DNA from: Terriglobia bacterium
Lineage (GTDB): Bacteria > Acidobacteriota > Terriglobia > 20CM-2-55-15
Reading direction: 5' to 3'
NCBI GenBank assembly: GCA_965263045.1
Contig: CBDHGK010000041.1
Span: 1,909,514-1,973,513 of the forward strand
Length of the DNA stretch: 64,000 nucleotides
In this document: in pieces, positions 9,818-19,264 of the stretch
How positions within the stretch are numbered: the first letter of the stretch is position 1
Layout of the letters: each line of letters opens with the position of its first letter
The notes under the pieces: model-generated
Told to the model about the DNA's origin: nothing
The model's input: the letters and a program-made list of their open reading frames with translations, nothing else
Database searches by the model: none
Position numbers and translations under genes: made by a program

Positions 9818-11258
9818 GAATGTGTGCCAATCTTAGTTGGAAATTGAAACGGCTCCAAACCCCATGGTTTGATGGTATTGGAAGAAACAACATCAAGCCT
9901 GTAAGAGAAAGGAGCCGAGATGAGGAGTCTGTTACGTTCGGTAAAGAAACGCAAGAAGTCGCGTGTGCTGGGTGAGGTCGAGGTCCTGAGCCGGGAGGAA
10001 TACTCGGGACTGGAATTGGACTCGAAGGTGGAGATGATTCGGGCGTTGATCCCACTGGGGTTGATGCACGTGGAGGAGTTGCTCGACGAGGAAGTGAAGT
10101 CGTTGGCGGGTGAGCGATACGCACGAAAGGAGGCGGCGTTGCGGGGCCGGCGACACGGGAGCAATCCGGGGACCGTGGGGCTGGGTGGCCAGCGGGTGCC
10201 GGTTCGGGTGCCTCGAGTGCGCAGCGTGGCGGGCGGGGAGATTCCGCTTCGGACCTACGAGGAACTCAGTCCGGGTGGCGCGGTGAACGAGCTACTGCTC
10301 AGACGTGTGCTGTATGGGATCTCCTGCCGGAACTATGAATCGGCCGCTGAAGCGATTCCGGGAGCGATCGGACTGTCGAGTTCGACGGTGTCTCGAGGAT
10401 TCGTCCAGGCGAGTGCCGCGAAACTTCGGGAGATGCAGGAGCGGGATTTGAGTGGCGAGGACGTCGTGGCGATCTTCCTGGACGGGAAGGCGTTTGCCGA
10501 CGCCCTGATGGTAGTGGCCCTGGGCGTCACGCTTTCGGGCGACAAACGCTTCTTGGGCTTCGTGGAGACCGACACGGAGAACGAGCAAGTGCTGACTCCG
10601 TTTCTCCGTTCGTTGATGGAGCGGGGCCTGGACATCTCTGAAGGCGTGCTGGTGATTGTCGACGGCGGCAAAGGTCTGCGGGCGGCGGTCAAGAAGGCAT
10701 TCAGGAATCGAGCCCTGGTCCAACGCTGCCAATGGCACAAACGCGAGAACGTCGTGAGATACCTATCGAAGACCGAGCAAGCCGTGTGGCGACGCCGGCT
10801 GCAGCGGGCCTACGAGCGCCCGGAGTACGACGAAGCTCGGGCGGCGCTCGGAGAGCTCCATGGAGAGCTCGAGGAGCGAAACCAATCGGGGGCTGCGAGC
10901 CTTGAGGAAGGCCTGGAAGAGACCCTCACGTTGCATCGGCTCGGCGTGTACGGGGTCTTGGGCCGTTCGTTCAAGACGACGAATTGCCTGGAATCGGTCA
11001 ATGCCCTTGTCGAGGAAAGGTGTGCGAAGGTCGATCATTGGAAGAACTCGAGTCAGCGGCAACGCTGGTTGGCGACGGCGCTCATCGACATCGAACCGCG
11101 CCTGAGGAAGGTGATCGGCTACCGTCATCTTCCAAAGCTCCGCGAAGCCCTCCAGCGAGAGCTGAAAATTGAGGCGAAGACGTCGACGAGATCGAAGAAG
11201 AAGGTTGCATGACCCATCGTGAGCCGTGGAGAGTTTCAACTAAGAATGGGCTTGACTC
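9818..11258 (+). mobile_element. IS256-family insertion sequence, copy 2 (1441 bp) with 8-bp TSD cgatccgt (9810-9817 and 11259-11266)
   Basis: Identical sequence to copies 1 and 3, in the opposite orientation to copy 1. Confidence 0.9.
9920..11212 (+). CDS. IS256-family transposase, 430 aa
   Basis: Protein identical to 5810-7102. Confidence 0.9.
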   Translation: MRSLLRSVKKRKKSRVLGEVEVLSREEYSGLELDSKVEMIRALIPLGLMHVEELLDEEVKSLAGERYARKEAALRGRRHGSNPGTVGLGGQRVPVRVPRVRSVAGGEIPLRTYEELSPGGAVNELLLRRVLYGISCRNYESAAEAIPGAIGLSSSTVSRGFVQASAAKLREMQERDLSGEDVVAIFLDGKAFADALMVVALGVTLSGDKRFLGFVETDTENEQVLTPFLRSLMERGLDISEGVLVIVDGGKGLRAAVKKAFRNRALVQRCQWHKRENVVRYLSKTEQAVWRRRLQRAYERPEYDEARAALGELHGELEERNQSGAASLEEGLEETLTLHRLGVYGVLGRSFKTTNCLESVNALVEERCAKVDHWKNSSQRQRWLATALIDIEPRLRKVIGYRHLPKLREALQRELKIEAKTSTRSKKKVA

Positions 11259-11523
11259 CGATCCGTTACGGGGAAATCTGAAGGCCGTGACAACGAGCTT
11301 GCGGGCGGGATACCTGCGTAAGAACGGGGTTCCCTACAGTGAAAACAGCATTGTCACAGAGTATTTCGACCTGATCACCGGGCCCTCCGGTGAGGAATGG
11401 CTCGTTGTTTTGTCCGAGGTTACCGACCCCTTGTACCTGGTCGCCCCGTTCATTACGAGTACGCAGTTCAAGAGGCTTCCCGACGACACCGAGTGGAATC
11501 CGACGCCCTGCTCAGCCCGATGA
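11259..11523 (+). pseudogene. secreted protein family X, paralog B, 3' fragment
   Basis: In-frame DPLRGN ... AGYLRKNGV ... VTDPLYLVAPF, homologous to the paralog A 3' fragment. Confidence 0.55.
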
Positions 11524-11639
11524 GATTCGCGCAATCAGACTAATTTCAACGCCGATCCCTTAAATCTTGAACGGGGCATCCGAAATGCGTTTTCGGACGT
11601 CTAAACGTAGGACGAACCGAACAACGAGGGCGTGCTTGC

Positions 11640-11870
11640 GTGGTTAAGAATTTCATTCCAAACTGCGATTTCTGTGGCGATGAAATTCCGCTTGATCAAC
11701 ATACCCGACGGAATGTCCCCTCAAATGGTGTCGAACTCCTTATGGTGGCTCTTGGAAATTCCGACCCTGCGCTCGAGTTCACACAGAAGCCGGACGGAAC
11801 AGTGGATCTCGATACCTGCCTCGATTGTTATGTGCGATTAGCGTTCAACCATTCCCACACGGTCAACTGA
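11640..11870 (+). CDS. small hypothetical protein with two CxxC pairs (possible zinc ribbon)
   Basis: Contains CDFC and CLDC. Locally lower GC. Non-ATG (GTG) start. No recognizable homology. Confidence 0.3.
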   Translation: MVKNFIPNCDFCGDEIPLDQHTRRNVPSNGVELLMVALGNSDPALEFTQKPDGTVDLDTCLDCYVRLAFNHSHTVN

Positions 11871-11873
11871 CCC

Positions 11874-12333
11874 GGCCGAGCGGTCCAGACACCGACCCTA
11901 CAGCGTTGTGCTGGCTCGGGCGCCTCAACGTATCTATCGATACGCCTCGGTCACCCTCGCTGCGCACGCCTTGTATGGCCGGCGTCTGGACCGCTCTCTG
12001 TGGGCTGAGTCGGTCGAGCGGGCCATCCAACCGCCCATACGGCGTTGTGCTGGCTCGGGCGCCTCAACGTATCTATCGATACGCCTCGGTCACCCTCGCT
12101 GCGCACGCCTTGTATGGCCGGCGTCTGGACCGCTCTCTGTGGGCTGAGTCGGTCGAGCGGGCCATCCAACCGCCCATACGGCGTTGTGCTGGCTCGGGTG
12201 CCTCAACGTATCTGTCGATACGCCTCGGTCACCCTCGCGGCGCACGCCTTGTATGGCCGGCGTCTGGACCGCTCTCTGTGGGGCTGGATTGGTCGAGCGG
12301 GCCATCCATCCGACCCTACGGCGACTTGCTAAC
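11874..12333. repeat. noncoding tandem repeat array, part 1 (about 3.3 units of 139/140 bp)
   Basis: Units begin at 11874, 12012, 12151 and 12291 (GGTCGAGCGGGCCATCCAACCGCCCATACGG ...). The first and last units are degenerate. Unit length is not a multiple of 3. Confidence 0.85.
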
Positions 12334-14066
12334 CCGCATAGATCACCAATCGACGCGTGATTGCGATTTTGCGTAAAAGAACCCTGGGTGGGCGCGAGAT
12401 GGTGTGGGGGGAGCGTCTCAGGGTGAATTGACGAGTTTTTGGCGATGTGAGAAGCGGATTTTCGTGCTCAATAGAGCGTTGACGATCGCGATCAGACACA
12501 CCTCGGCTCGGACTGGGTAAGCGAATCGATTTCAGGGACGAAGCCGCAGCGTCGGTGTCAGCATCGCAGTGGCATTGTTTGTAGGTTGCGGACAACGGCG
12601 GCATAGACCTCGGCGTAAGGACAGGCTTCAGCCATCGACACCCAGACGTTTCGGACCGTGAACCGGATGCGGGCACCGATCTTGAGCAGCTTCAGCCGGA
12701 TCGTGCCGCATTGAGCGCGCGCCAGTTCGGTGCCCTGGAGCCCGAGTCGACGCAGGGCCTGCATGATCATGTAGGCGGCCGAAGACAGATACAGTCGGAG
12801 TTGATTGGCGCGCATGGTGGCCGCGCTGGTGCGGTCGGCAAACAGATCCAGTTGTTGCTCTTTGATCCGGTTCTCCATGTCGCCGCGCGCACAGTAGAGA
12901 TCTTCATATAGCGCACGGGCCTCCCAACGTTGCGGTGTGAGGGAGGTGACGATGAATCGGGGATTGGCGCCCTTGGCCAGAACCTCGGCCTTGCCCACGA
13001 CGCGCCGTTGCTGGCTCCAACTGTCTCGTGTGCGATAGCGGAAGTCCTTAAATATCCGTGCCGATTTACCGGTGGATTCAAACTCCGATTTCGCCTGAGC
13101 CATGGATTCAGCGATGACCTCCTGGAGTCGCTCGTTCTTGGCCAATCCCACCACGTAATCCACCTGGTGGGATTCACACCAGGTCAATAAATCATCTCTG
13201 CAAAAACCCGAGTCGCCACGGACGATGATCGACACATCCGGCCAGCTCTTCCGGATCTGTCCGATGATGCGGGTCAGCTCCTCAACCGATCCGGCCGCGC
13301 CATCGATGTTGGAGCGTCGCAATCGGGCGCACAGCAGATGCTCACCCGAGAAGATATACAACGGCAAATAACAGTAGTTGCCGTAATAGCCATGAAAGAA
13401 TCGTCCCTCCTGTTGCCCGTGGATCGGATCGTCGGTGGCATCGAGGTCCAGAATGATTTCTTCAGGCGCCGATTCATAGGCTGCGATGAATGCATCGACC
13501 ATCCAGCGGTCAATCTGGTCGGCATCCATCGCAATTTTCTTGTATCGTTCCTCCGCCCCCACTTCGGCACCGGTCAACTCCAGCCGATTCAGCGTGCACT
13601 TGCCCGCCAGCGCCTTTCCCCGGTCGCTGGCTTGCCGCCGGTTGCCTCCCAGCGGATCGGCCTTATCGATGGCCACGGCGAGCATCGGATCGGTGCGTAG
13701 TTGGTCGTGATCGTTCAGGTCTTCATATCCCAGACACAGGCCATACACCCGTTGCCCAATCAATTCCTTCACCGTGTGCTCGATCAATCGCGGGTCCCGA
13801 TGATCGGCGAAACATTCGGCAAGTCCCCCGACCAGTCCGGTTCGTTTTTCGACTTCCCTCAACAGCAGGACACCCGCGTCGGATGTGATCTTCCCTCCGT
13901 CGAATCGAGCCTTCACTTTTCGTTGATTAAGTCCGTGAAATTCGAACGTCGTTTGGTTACACTCTGTCGTCATAAGGGCCGCCTTTGTTTGGTTGCTAAA
14001 ACGTCTTCGACAAACGCTTTATGCCAAACAGGGCGGCCTTTTCTGGTCCATCTGGTGATTTATGCG
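12334..14066 (-). mobile_element. IS1380-family insertion sequence (~1733 bp) with 6-bp direct repeat gctaac (12328-12333 and 14067-14072)
   Basis: Terminal inverted repeats CCGCATAGATCACCA / CCGCATAAATCACCA. Carries a 471-aa DDE transposase. Inserted into the tandem repeat array. Confidence 0.7.
12558..13973 (-). CDS. IS1380-family transposase, 471 aa
   Basis: N-terminal FDGGKITSDAGVLLLREVE motif and overall length typical of the IS1380 family. Confidence 0.8.
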   Translation of the reverse strand: MTTECNQTTFEFHGLNQRKVKARFDGGKITSDAGVLLLREVEKRTGLVGGLAECFADHRDPRLIEHTVKELIGQRVYGLCLGYEDLNDHDQLRTDPMLAVAIDKADPLGGNRRQASDRGKALAGKCTLNRLELTGAEVGAEERYKKIAMDADQIDRWMVDAFIAAYESAPEEIILDLDATDDPIHGQQEGRFFHGYYGNYCYLPLYIFSGEHLLCARLRRSNIDGAAGSVEELTRIIGQIRKSWPDVSIIVRGDSGFCRDDLLTWCESHQVDYVVGLAKNERLQEVIAESMAQAKSEFESTGKSARIFKDFRYRTRDSWSQQRRVVGKAEVLAKGANPRFIVTSLTPQRWEARALYEDLYCARGDMENRIKEQQLDLFADRTSAATMRANQLRLYLSSAAYMIMQALRRLGLQGTELARAQCGTIRLKLLKIGARIRFTVRNVWVSMAEACPYAEVYAAVVRNLQTMPLRC

Positions 14067-14367
14067 GGCTAACCCGGTCGAGCGGGCCATCCAACCGCCC
14101 ATACGGCGTTGTGCTGGCTCGGGTGCCTCAACGTATCTGTCGATACGCCTCGGTCACCCTCGCGGCGCACGCCTTGTATGGCCGGCGTCTGGACCGCTCT
14201 CTGTGGGGCTCATCCGGTCGAGCGGGCCATCCAACCGCCCATACGGCGTTGTGCTGGCTCGGGTGCCTCAACGTATCTATCGATACGCCTCGGTCACCCT
14301 CGCGGCGCACGCCTTGTATGGCCGGCGTCTGGACCGCTCTCTGTGGGGCTGGATTGGTCGAGCGGGG
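14067..14367. repeat. noncoding tandem repeat array, part 2 (about 2.1 units of 140 bp)
   Basis: Units begin at 14075, 14215 and 14355. Sequence is near-identical to the array 1 units. Confidence 0.85.
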
Positions 14368-14370
14368 TTG

Positions 14371-14937
14371 TTAGAAGTTTACCGCGGGTGCAGTTTCGGC
14401 GGCGTTGATGGCGTTGAAGAAGTCGCGCTGATCAAAGCCCGTCATTCCGGCGATGATGCTGGCGGGGAATTGCCGCACCGCGGTGTTGTAGGTCTGGATC
14501 GATTCGTTGTAGCGGCGGCGTTCGACGGCGATCCGGTTTTCGGTGCCGGCGAGTTCATCCTGTAGAGCGAGGAAGTTCTGATTCGATCGGAGTTCGGGGT
14601 AGTTTTCCATGACAACCATGAGACGACCGAGCGCGCCTTCAAGCTGTCCGGCGACGGCCTGGCGCTCGCCGGCTGTACCGGCTTCGCCCCACTGGCTGCG
14701 CAGCCGGGTAACCTCGGTATACACCTCTCGCTCCTGATCGGCAAAACCCTGGACCGTGTTCACCAGATTGGGTATCAGGTCGTACCGTCTCTGAAGGACC
14801 GTGTCGACTTGTGCCCAGGAACTTTCCGCCTGCTGATCCAAGCCCACCAGTCGATTGTAGGTCCCGACGTAGCTCCCGCCAACGATCAATACAGCGAGCA
14901 CCAGAGCACCGATAATGATCCAGCCTTTTGTGGACAT
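14371..14937 (-). CDS. lemA: LemA family protein
   Basis: N-terminal TM helix, then YNRLV ... ESSWAQVD ... LQRRYDLIPNLV, which is typical of LemA. SD aggagg. Confidence 0.85.
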   Translation of the reverse strand: MSTKGWIIIGALVLAVLIVGGSYVGTYNRLVGLDQQAESSWAQVDTVLQRRYDLIPNLVNTVQGFADQEREVYTEVTRLRSQWGEAGTAGERQAVAGQLEGALGRLMVVMENYPELRSNQNFLALQDELAGTENRIAVERRRYNESIQTYNTAVRQFPASIIAGMTGFDQRDFFNAINAAETAPAVNF

Positions 14938-14997
14938 GTTACCTCCTGTACGAAAAAGCGGCGATGCCGATACTCATCTAGAATAACGCATAGCGAC

Positions 14998-15705
14998 TCA
15001 TGGATGCACATGGGCGTCGACGCTGTCGACCACGGATTCTACGGTTCGCAGGTATCGGTCGAACAGTTCCAGCGCCTCGACGTTTTTCGCAGCCTGGCGG
15101 CCCTCCTTCAGCGTCTCGATCACCAGGAATACGTCCTCGTCAAACCGGATGTGTTGGCCCAGTGCTTTCAGTGCGTCTATCTTCCGGGGGGGGATCTCGT
15201 CCTGGTACAGCCGGAGCGCCGCCCGAAACAAAACGAGGACGGTCGAAAGCGATTCGACCATCATGTCGAGCACCCGCCGGGGTTTTCCTTCCGTCAGCAA
15301 AAAGCCTTCTCTAAGACGGATCAGGCTCGACTTCATTTCGTGTTCGAGAATGAGGCGGAGGTTCTCCGGATTGATATCGATCTGGTCGAGGACATTTTCA
15401 CCGTAGAGCACCTGGTGAGATTCCTTGATGTCCATGAGTTCTATCGGAAAAACATCGGCCGACTTTTGTAGACGTTCGAGGGTGAAAAACAGAGGCGGGG
15501 GATTTCCCGATTTGCGCCATGCGAGCGACGTCTTCGACAATGCTGTCAATTCGCGTGTGCCAAGAGCATTGGCGACGACAAGAATATTGTAGTCGGAACG
15601 CTTGCCCGTATGATCGCCCGCCGCAGCAGATCCGTATAAAATGACGGAGCGAATTCCCGTTCCCAGGGATTGCTGCAGCTTTTGTGCCAGCTCTTCAGGT
15701 TTCAA
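14998..15705 (-). CDS. nucleotidyltransferase-domain protein (Pol beta superfamily)
   Basis: ILYGSAAAGDHTGKRSDYNILVV motif (GS ... D.D). Probable TTG start at 15705, preceded by GGGGAAAG. The longer ORF to 15837 would overlap the upstream gene. Confidence 0.5.
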   Translation of the reverse strand: MKPEELAQKLQQSLGTGIRSVILYGSAAAGDHTGKRSDYNILVVANALGTRELTALSKTSLAWRKSGNPPPLFFTLERLQKSADVFPIELMDIKESHQVLYGENVLDQIDINPENLRLILEHEMKSSLIRLREGFLLTEGKPRRVLDMMVESLSTVLVLFRAALRLYQDEIPPRKIDALKALGQHIRFDEDVFLVIETLKEGRQAAKNVEALELFDRYLRTVESVVDSVDAHVHP

Positions 15706-15739
15706 GACTTTCCCCCAACTTGATAGACGCCCGATACGA

Positions 15740-16510
15740 TCACCATGAGCGTCCCGCGCCACCGCCTCCCGACATTCCACCGCCGAACCCTCCGAAACCG
15801 CCGCCGCCACCGCGTCCGAAACCGCCACCGCCTCCACCCATGCGACCGCTCGAAAGCAGCATCAGGGCGAGCCAGGGATGCCGGATGATGACCGGCACCA
15901 GAAGCAGCAGTCCGAGGAATCGCAGCAAGCCCCCCAGGGGGCTCCTTGTCTGGGCGACCGGGGCGGAGACCGCGATTGTTCCAGTCAGCTCCACACCAGC
16001 ATTACCCGCGATGAGCAGTGCCAGCGTATGGACTCCAGCCGCGAGTCCGGCGCCGTATTGAGCCTGCCTGAAAGCCGGCAGAACGGCTTCGTCGAGGATG
16101 CGGCCCGCTATCCCGTCGGGAATGATGGGTTCCAGCCCGTAGCCGACTTCGATCCACACCTGTCGGTCTTCGATGGCAGCCAGCAGCAGCGCACCGTTGT
16201 CTTCGCCGACTTGTCCGATTCCCCAGCGTTCGAAGAGGCGATTGGAAAAATCCGAGATCTCGCCACCTTCGAGCGAGGCCAGCGTAACGACGGCCACCTG
16301 TGCTCCCGTTTTTTGTTCCAGCTCGCGGAGCAGGACTTCGAGTGAGTTTGCCTCAGGTCCGATGACGCCGGCAAAATCGTTGACCAGGCCCCGGAAGGCG
16401 AGTCCTTCCAGGAGCGCGTCCGACTGGAACGCAACGGCTGGCGAAGCCAGAAGAACGGTCGGCGAAGCCACAAGCAGGAAGAGGACCAGCAGGATCGAAA
16501 TGCGGCGCAT
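15740..16510 (-). CDS. TPM-domain protein (TLP18.3/Psb32/MOLO-1 phosphatase-like) with Gly-rich C-terminus
   Basis: Signal peptide. TPM-like core (DFAGVI ... TLASLEGGEI ...). C-terminal TM helix and GGGGGFGRGGGGGFGG tail. Common neighbour of lemA. Confidence 0.7.
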   Translation of the reverse strand: MRRISILLVLFLLVASPTVLLASPAVAFQSDALLEGLAFRGLVNDFAGVIGPEANSLEVLLRELEQKTGAQVAVVTLASLEGGEISDFSNRLFERWGIGQVGEDNGALLLAAIEDRQVWIEVGYGLEPIIPDGIAGRILDEAVLPAFRQAQYGAGLAAGVHTLALLIAGNAGVELTGTIAVSAPVAQTRSPLGGLLRFLGLLLLVPVIIRHPWLALMLLSSGRMGGGGGGFGRGGGGGFGGFGGGMSGGGGAGRSW

Positions 16511-16779
16511 GAGATTACATTGTAGCAGTCCTTAAGAGTGGTGGCTGCGATGCCCGGCGAGGTCAGGGGAGGCCAGGTGACGCCGGAGCATGGATCCGTT
16601 GTTTGATCGGTGGTCGCCAATATTCATGGCCAAGACTTCCCGAACCGAATCGGATCTCCTTGATCGGTGGAGCGACTCCCCGTCCAATCCGGAGTGGCGT
16701 TTCAAAGCAGTACACGGGCAGAATGGGACGAATGTTGCGGATGATTCGAGTACGATGGTCTTTCAACAGGAGGACGCGC

Positions 16780-17061
16780 ATGAAGGCAGTCTGGAACGAT
16801 TCGGTCATAGCGGAAAGTGAGGAAACGATCATGGTCGAGGGTAACCACTATTTTCCACCGGACGCGATCCGGCGGGAATACTTTCAGGACAACCCCACCC
16901 ATACAACGTGCCCCTGGAAAGGTCAGGCCAACTACTATGATATCGTCGTCAACGGGGATGCCAACCCGGCGGCAGCCTGGTACTATCCCGAGACATTGGA
17001 GGCTGCGAACAACATTCGTAACTACGTGGCATTCTGGAAGGGAGTCGAAGTCACTCCATAG
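16780..17061 (+). CDS. DUF427-like small protein
   Basis: MKAVWNDSVIAESEETIMVEGNHYFPP ... CPWKG ... AAWYYPE ... VAFWKGVEV. SD aggagg precedes the ATG at 16780. Confidence 0.6.
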   Translation: MKAVWNDSVIAESEETIMVEGNHYFPPDAIRREYFQDNPTHTTCPWKGQANYYDIVVNGDANPAAAWYYPETLEAANNIRNYVAFWKGVEVTP

Positions 17062-17347
17062 CAACAAAAGACTCTGGGGATTCAACCCGAGCGCGATAAT
17101 TTCGGATCCCGATTGCAGGTGCGCTCCATGAGCGCACAGAACTGAAGTTCATCAAATTGCGTGCGGTCGCAGACCACGCCGGCGGTTCGACGGTCCGAGC
17201 GTTGGCCAAGGTCAGTAAACCCATCATCTGTGGTCCCGGAAATCTTCGTGTCCTGCAATGAGACATCGGGATCGTGGAGGGAACATAATGCGATTCACAC
17301 GCGACAATCTGGCGCAAAACTTGACGAATCGGCCGGGGAAATCAGCC

Positions 17348-18367
17348 ATGAGACGCTATTTGCTTTCTATGTTCTGCAGCCTTTCTATACTCGCCTCCTG
17401 GATCGCACAGGAGGCGCGGGGGCAGGAGGCGACCGCTTTGGCCCACGTAGACGCAGCCAGAGCCGCCGCGTCCGAACCGGGGCTCTATGACTACACCCTT
17501 ACGTTCGATCTGCTCTGTACCGAGAGGGAGCCACGTGAACCGGAGCCACCGAGGCCTGCCGATACTACGATCCGCGCGGCACCGGAGCGCTCCGAATGGT
17601 ATGTCGAGCCGGTGAAAGTCTTTGACAACGTGTTCAATGTCGGGACCGGCTTCTATGTTTGGGCCATCACGACATCGGACGGAATCATTCTGCTAAATTC
17701 GGGCAGGGATTACGCCGCTGAAACCGTCGTCGAAGGACTCGAAAGAGTGGGTCTCGATCCGGCGAACGTCAAATGCGTCATCATCCACACCCCGGATATC
17801 CGGCACTATGGCGCGGCCAAACTATTTCAGGACCGCTATCGATCGCGGATCATGTTGTCCGAAGCGGATTGGAACGTCATCGAGGCGACACCGGAGGTCC
17901 CCGAGAGGCTGAAGCCCAGGAAAGACATCGTCGTGACCGATGGCCAGACCCTGACGTTGGGTGACACGACGCTGACCCTCTATGTCACGCCGGGCAACAG
18001 TCCGGGCACGCTTTCCACGCTGGTTCCTCTCCGTGACGGGAGCCGGCGGCATGTCGGTCTCCTGATCGGAGGCCGGGACTGGGACGCCGTGGAGCAGGGA
18101 GTCGTGTATTTCTCGAGTGAAGAAGTTGCCATGACTACCTACAAGGCTTCAGCCAGTCGTTTGCGGGACATTGCAGCCCGGGCCGGCGCGGATGTCTTTC
18201 TGTCGGTCCGTTCGCTGTACGATCGAGAAGCCGACAAGGCCCGCGTATTGATGGAGCGCAGACCCGGGGACCCGCATCCTTATGTAAACGGGAGCGCTAT
18301 TGACCGCTATCTGACGGTGACGAGCGAATGTATGGATGCCCAGTTGGCGTGGAGGGCGATACCGTAG
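17348..18367 (+). CDS. metallo-beta-lactamase-fold protein, divergent, secreted
   Basis: Signal peptide. MBL-fold pattern (ILLNSG ... HTPDIRHYG) without a canonical HxHxDH. Confidence 0.45.
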   Translation: MRRYLLSMFCSLSILASWIAQEARGQEATALAHVDAARAAASEPGLYDYTLTFDLLCTEREPREPEPPRPADTTIRAAPERSEWYVEPVKVFDNVFNVGTGFYVWAITTSDGIILLNSGRDYAAETVVEGLERVGLDPANVKCVIIHTPDIRHYGAAKLFQDRYRSRIMLSEADWNVIEATPEVPERLKPRKDIVVTDGQTLTLGDTTLTLYVTPGNSPGTLSTLVPLRDGSRRHVGLLIGGRDWDAVEQGVVYFSSEEVAMTTYKASASRLRDIAARAGADVFLSVRSLYDREADKARVLMERRPGDPHPYVNGSAIDRYLTVTSECMDAQLAWRAIP

Positions 18368-18436
18368 CACGGCATGCGAGTCGCGTGCGGGTGCAATACG
18401 AAACGTTTCAGATCCGTAGAGCCACAGGAGGACGAC

Positions 18437-19264
18437 ATGCCTGACAGCGCATGGGAAGAATTGGACGGCGGCACGCAGGACGCCTGGGAAGACCAGTTCC
18501 AGGATCCCGACACGGATTTCAGCCAGCCGCACCGGCGGGACGAATCCAGGGAGACACTCGACGACGGGACCCTTATCGACACGACGGTCGACACATACGC
18601 CACTGTGAATGTTGAAGGACGCGAGTATGCGGCTAGCCTGGTCCACAAGTGCAACAAATGCAATGGCGGGCACGTCGATTCGCTCAGGGCCGTCGAAGGA
18701 TTCACCGTGGACATTCCCTACACTCCGCTCCACGTGTCCGACAAGAAGTTCGGACAGGGCAACGGACATTTGTATTCCGAGGTGAAGATTACGGGGCATC
18801 TGCTGCGCCGGGTCGAAACGCGCACGCGCCGAACGCCACAGGCCGCCCCGCAGGTGGAGATCGTCTGGGAACGCAAGGAACTCGACCATGTGGAGCAGCG
18901 GGACCTGGTGGTACTGGAGGAATTCGGTTCGATCGTCGACTGCATTCTGGGAGTCGAGGAATCGTCGATCAGCTACGCCGTGCCTGATACCGAGATGTTT
19001 GCACTGGCCCTGGCCCGTGTTCCGATTCTTGCCGATGACGTGAGCTGGACCGACCAGGGCCGTGTGATTCCTGACCTCGCCGAGGCCCTTGCGGGCATCG
19101 AGGGGCCCGTGTTCCGATTTGTGGGAGGGACCGGTGATGCCGAAATGTTTGTCGAACACCAGGTCGGCAAGCAGAGGGTCGAACTGGGGCGGGTGTCACT
19201 GGATGTTTCCCTCGACGGCCGGCATGTGGTCGCCAAAGTGTACACACCGGGAGAGCCCTGTTAA
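18437..19264 (+). CDS. hypothetical acidic protein with CNKCNGGH motif
   Basis: SD aggagg and ATG at 18437. GC3-rich codons. The antisense ORF 18149-19159 is judged spurious. Confidence 0.45.
   Translation: MPDSAWEELDGGTQDAWEDQFQDPDTDFSQPHRRDESRETLDDGTLIDTTVDTYATVNVEGREYAASLVHKCNKCNGGHVDSLRAVEGFTVDIPYTPLHVSDKKFGQGNGHLYSEVKITGHLLRRVETRTRRTPQAAPQVEIVWERKELDHVEQRDLVVLEEFGSIVDCILGVEESSISYAVPDTEMFALALARVPILADDVSWTDQGRVIPDLAEALAGIEGPVFRFVGGTGDAEMFVEHQVGKQRVELGRVSLDVSLDGRHVVAKVYTPGEPC

Noticed and set aside
5764-11258. Composite transposon formed by IS256 copies 1 and 2
   Set aside because: Each copy has its own distinct 8-bp TSD (gggttatc, cgatccgt) on both sides, so they inserted independently. 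The outer flanks do not share a TSD.
11825-12376. ORFs with repetitive peptides inside the tandem arrays (for example 11825-12376, 12045-12332, 14062-14565)
   Set aside because: Unit length is not a multiple of 3, so the frame rotates from unit to unit and the 'proteins' are composites of different frames. The content is Arg/Gly/Pro-rich, typical of translated GC-rich noncoding DNA.
11874-14367. Possible CRISPR array
   Set aside because: The units are 139/140 bp and directly abut each other with no unique spacers. This is a plain tandem repeat, not a repeat-spacer array.
14371-16510. LemA-NTase-TPM cluster as a novel system
   Set aside because: LemA with adjacent TPM-domain proteins bearing Gly-rich tails is a widespread, known (if poorly understood) arrangement. 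Only the intervening nucleotidyltransferase is unusual.
18149-19159. 336-aa minus-strand ORF
   Set aside because: It lies antisense to the better-supported 18437-19264 gene, which has an SD and acidic, balanced composition. The minus ORF is Arg/His/Gly-rich, like a typical antisense artefact.
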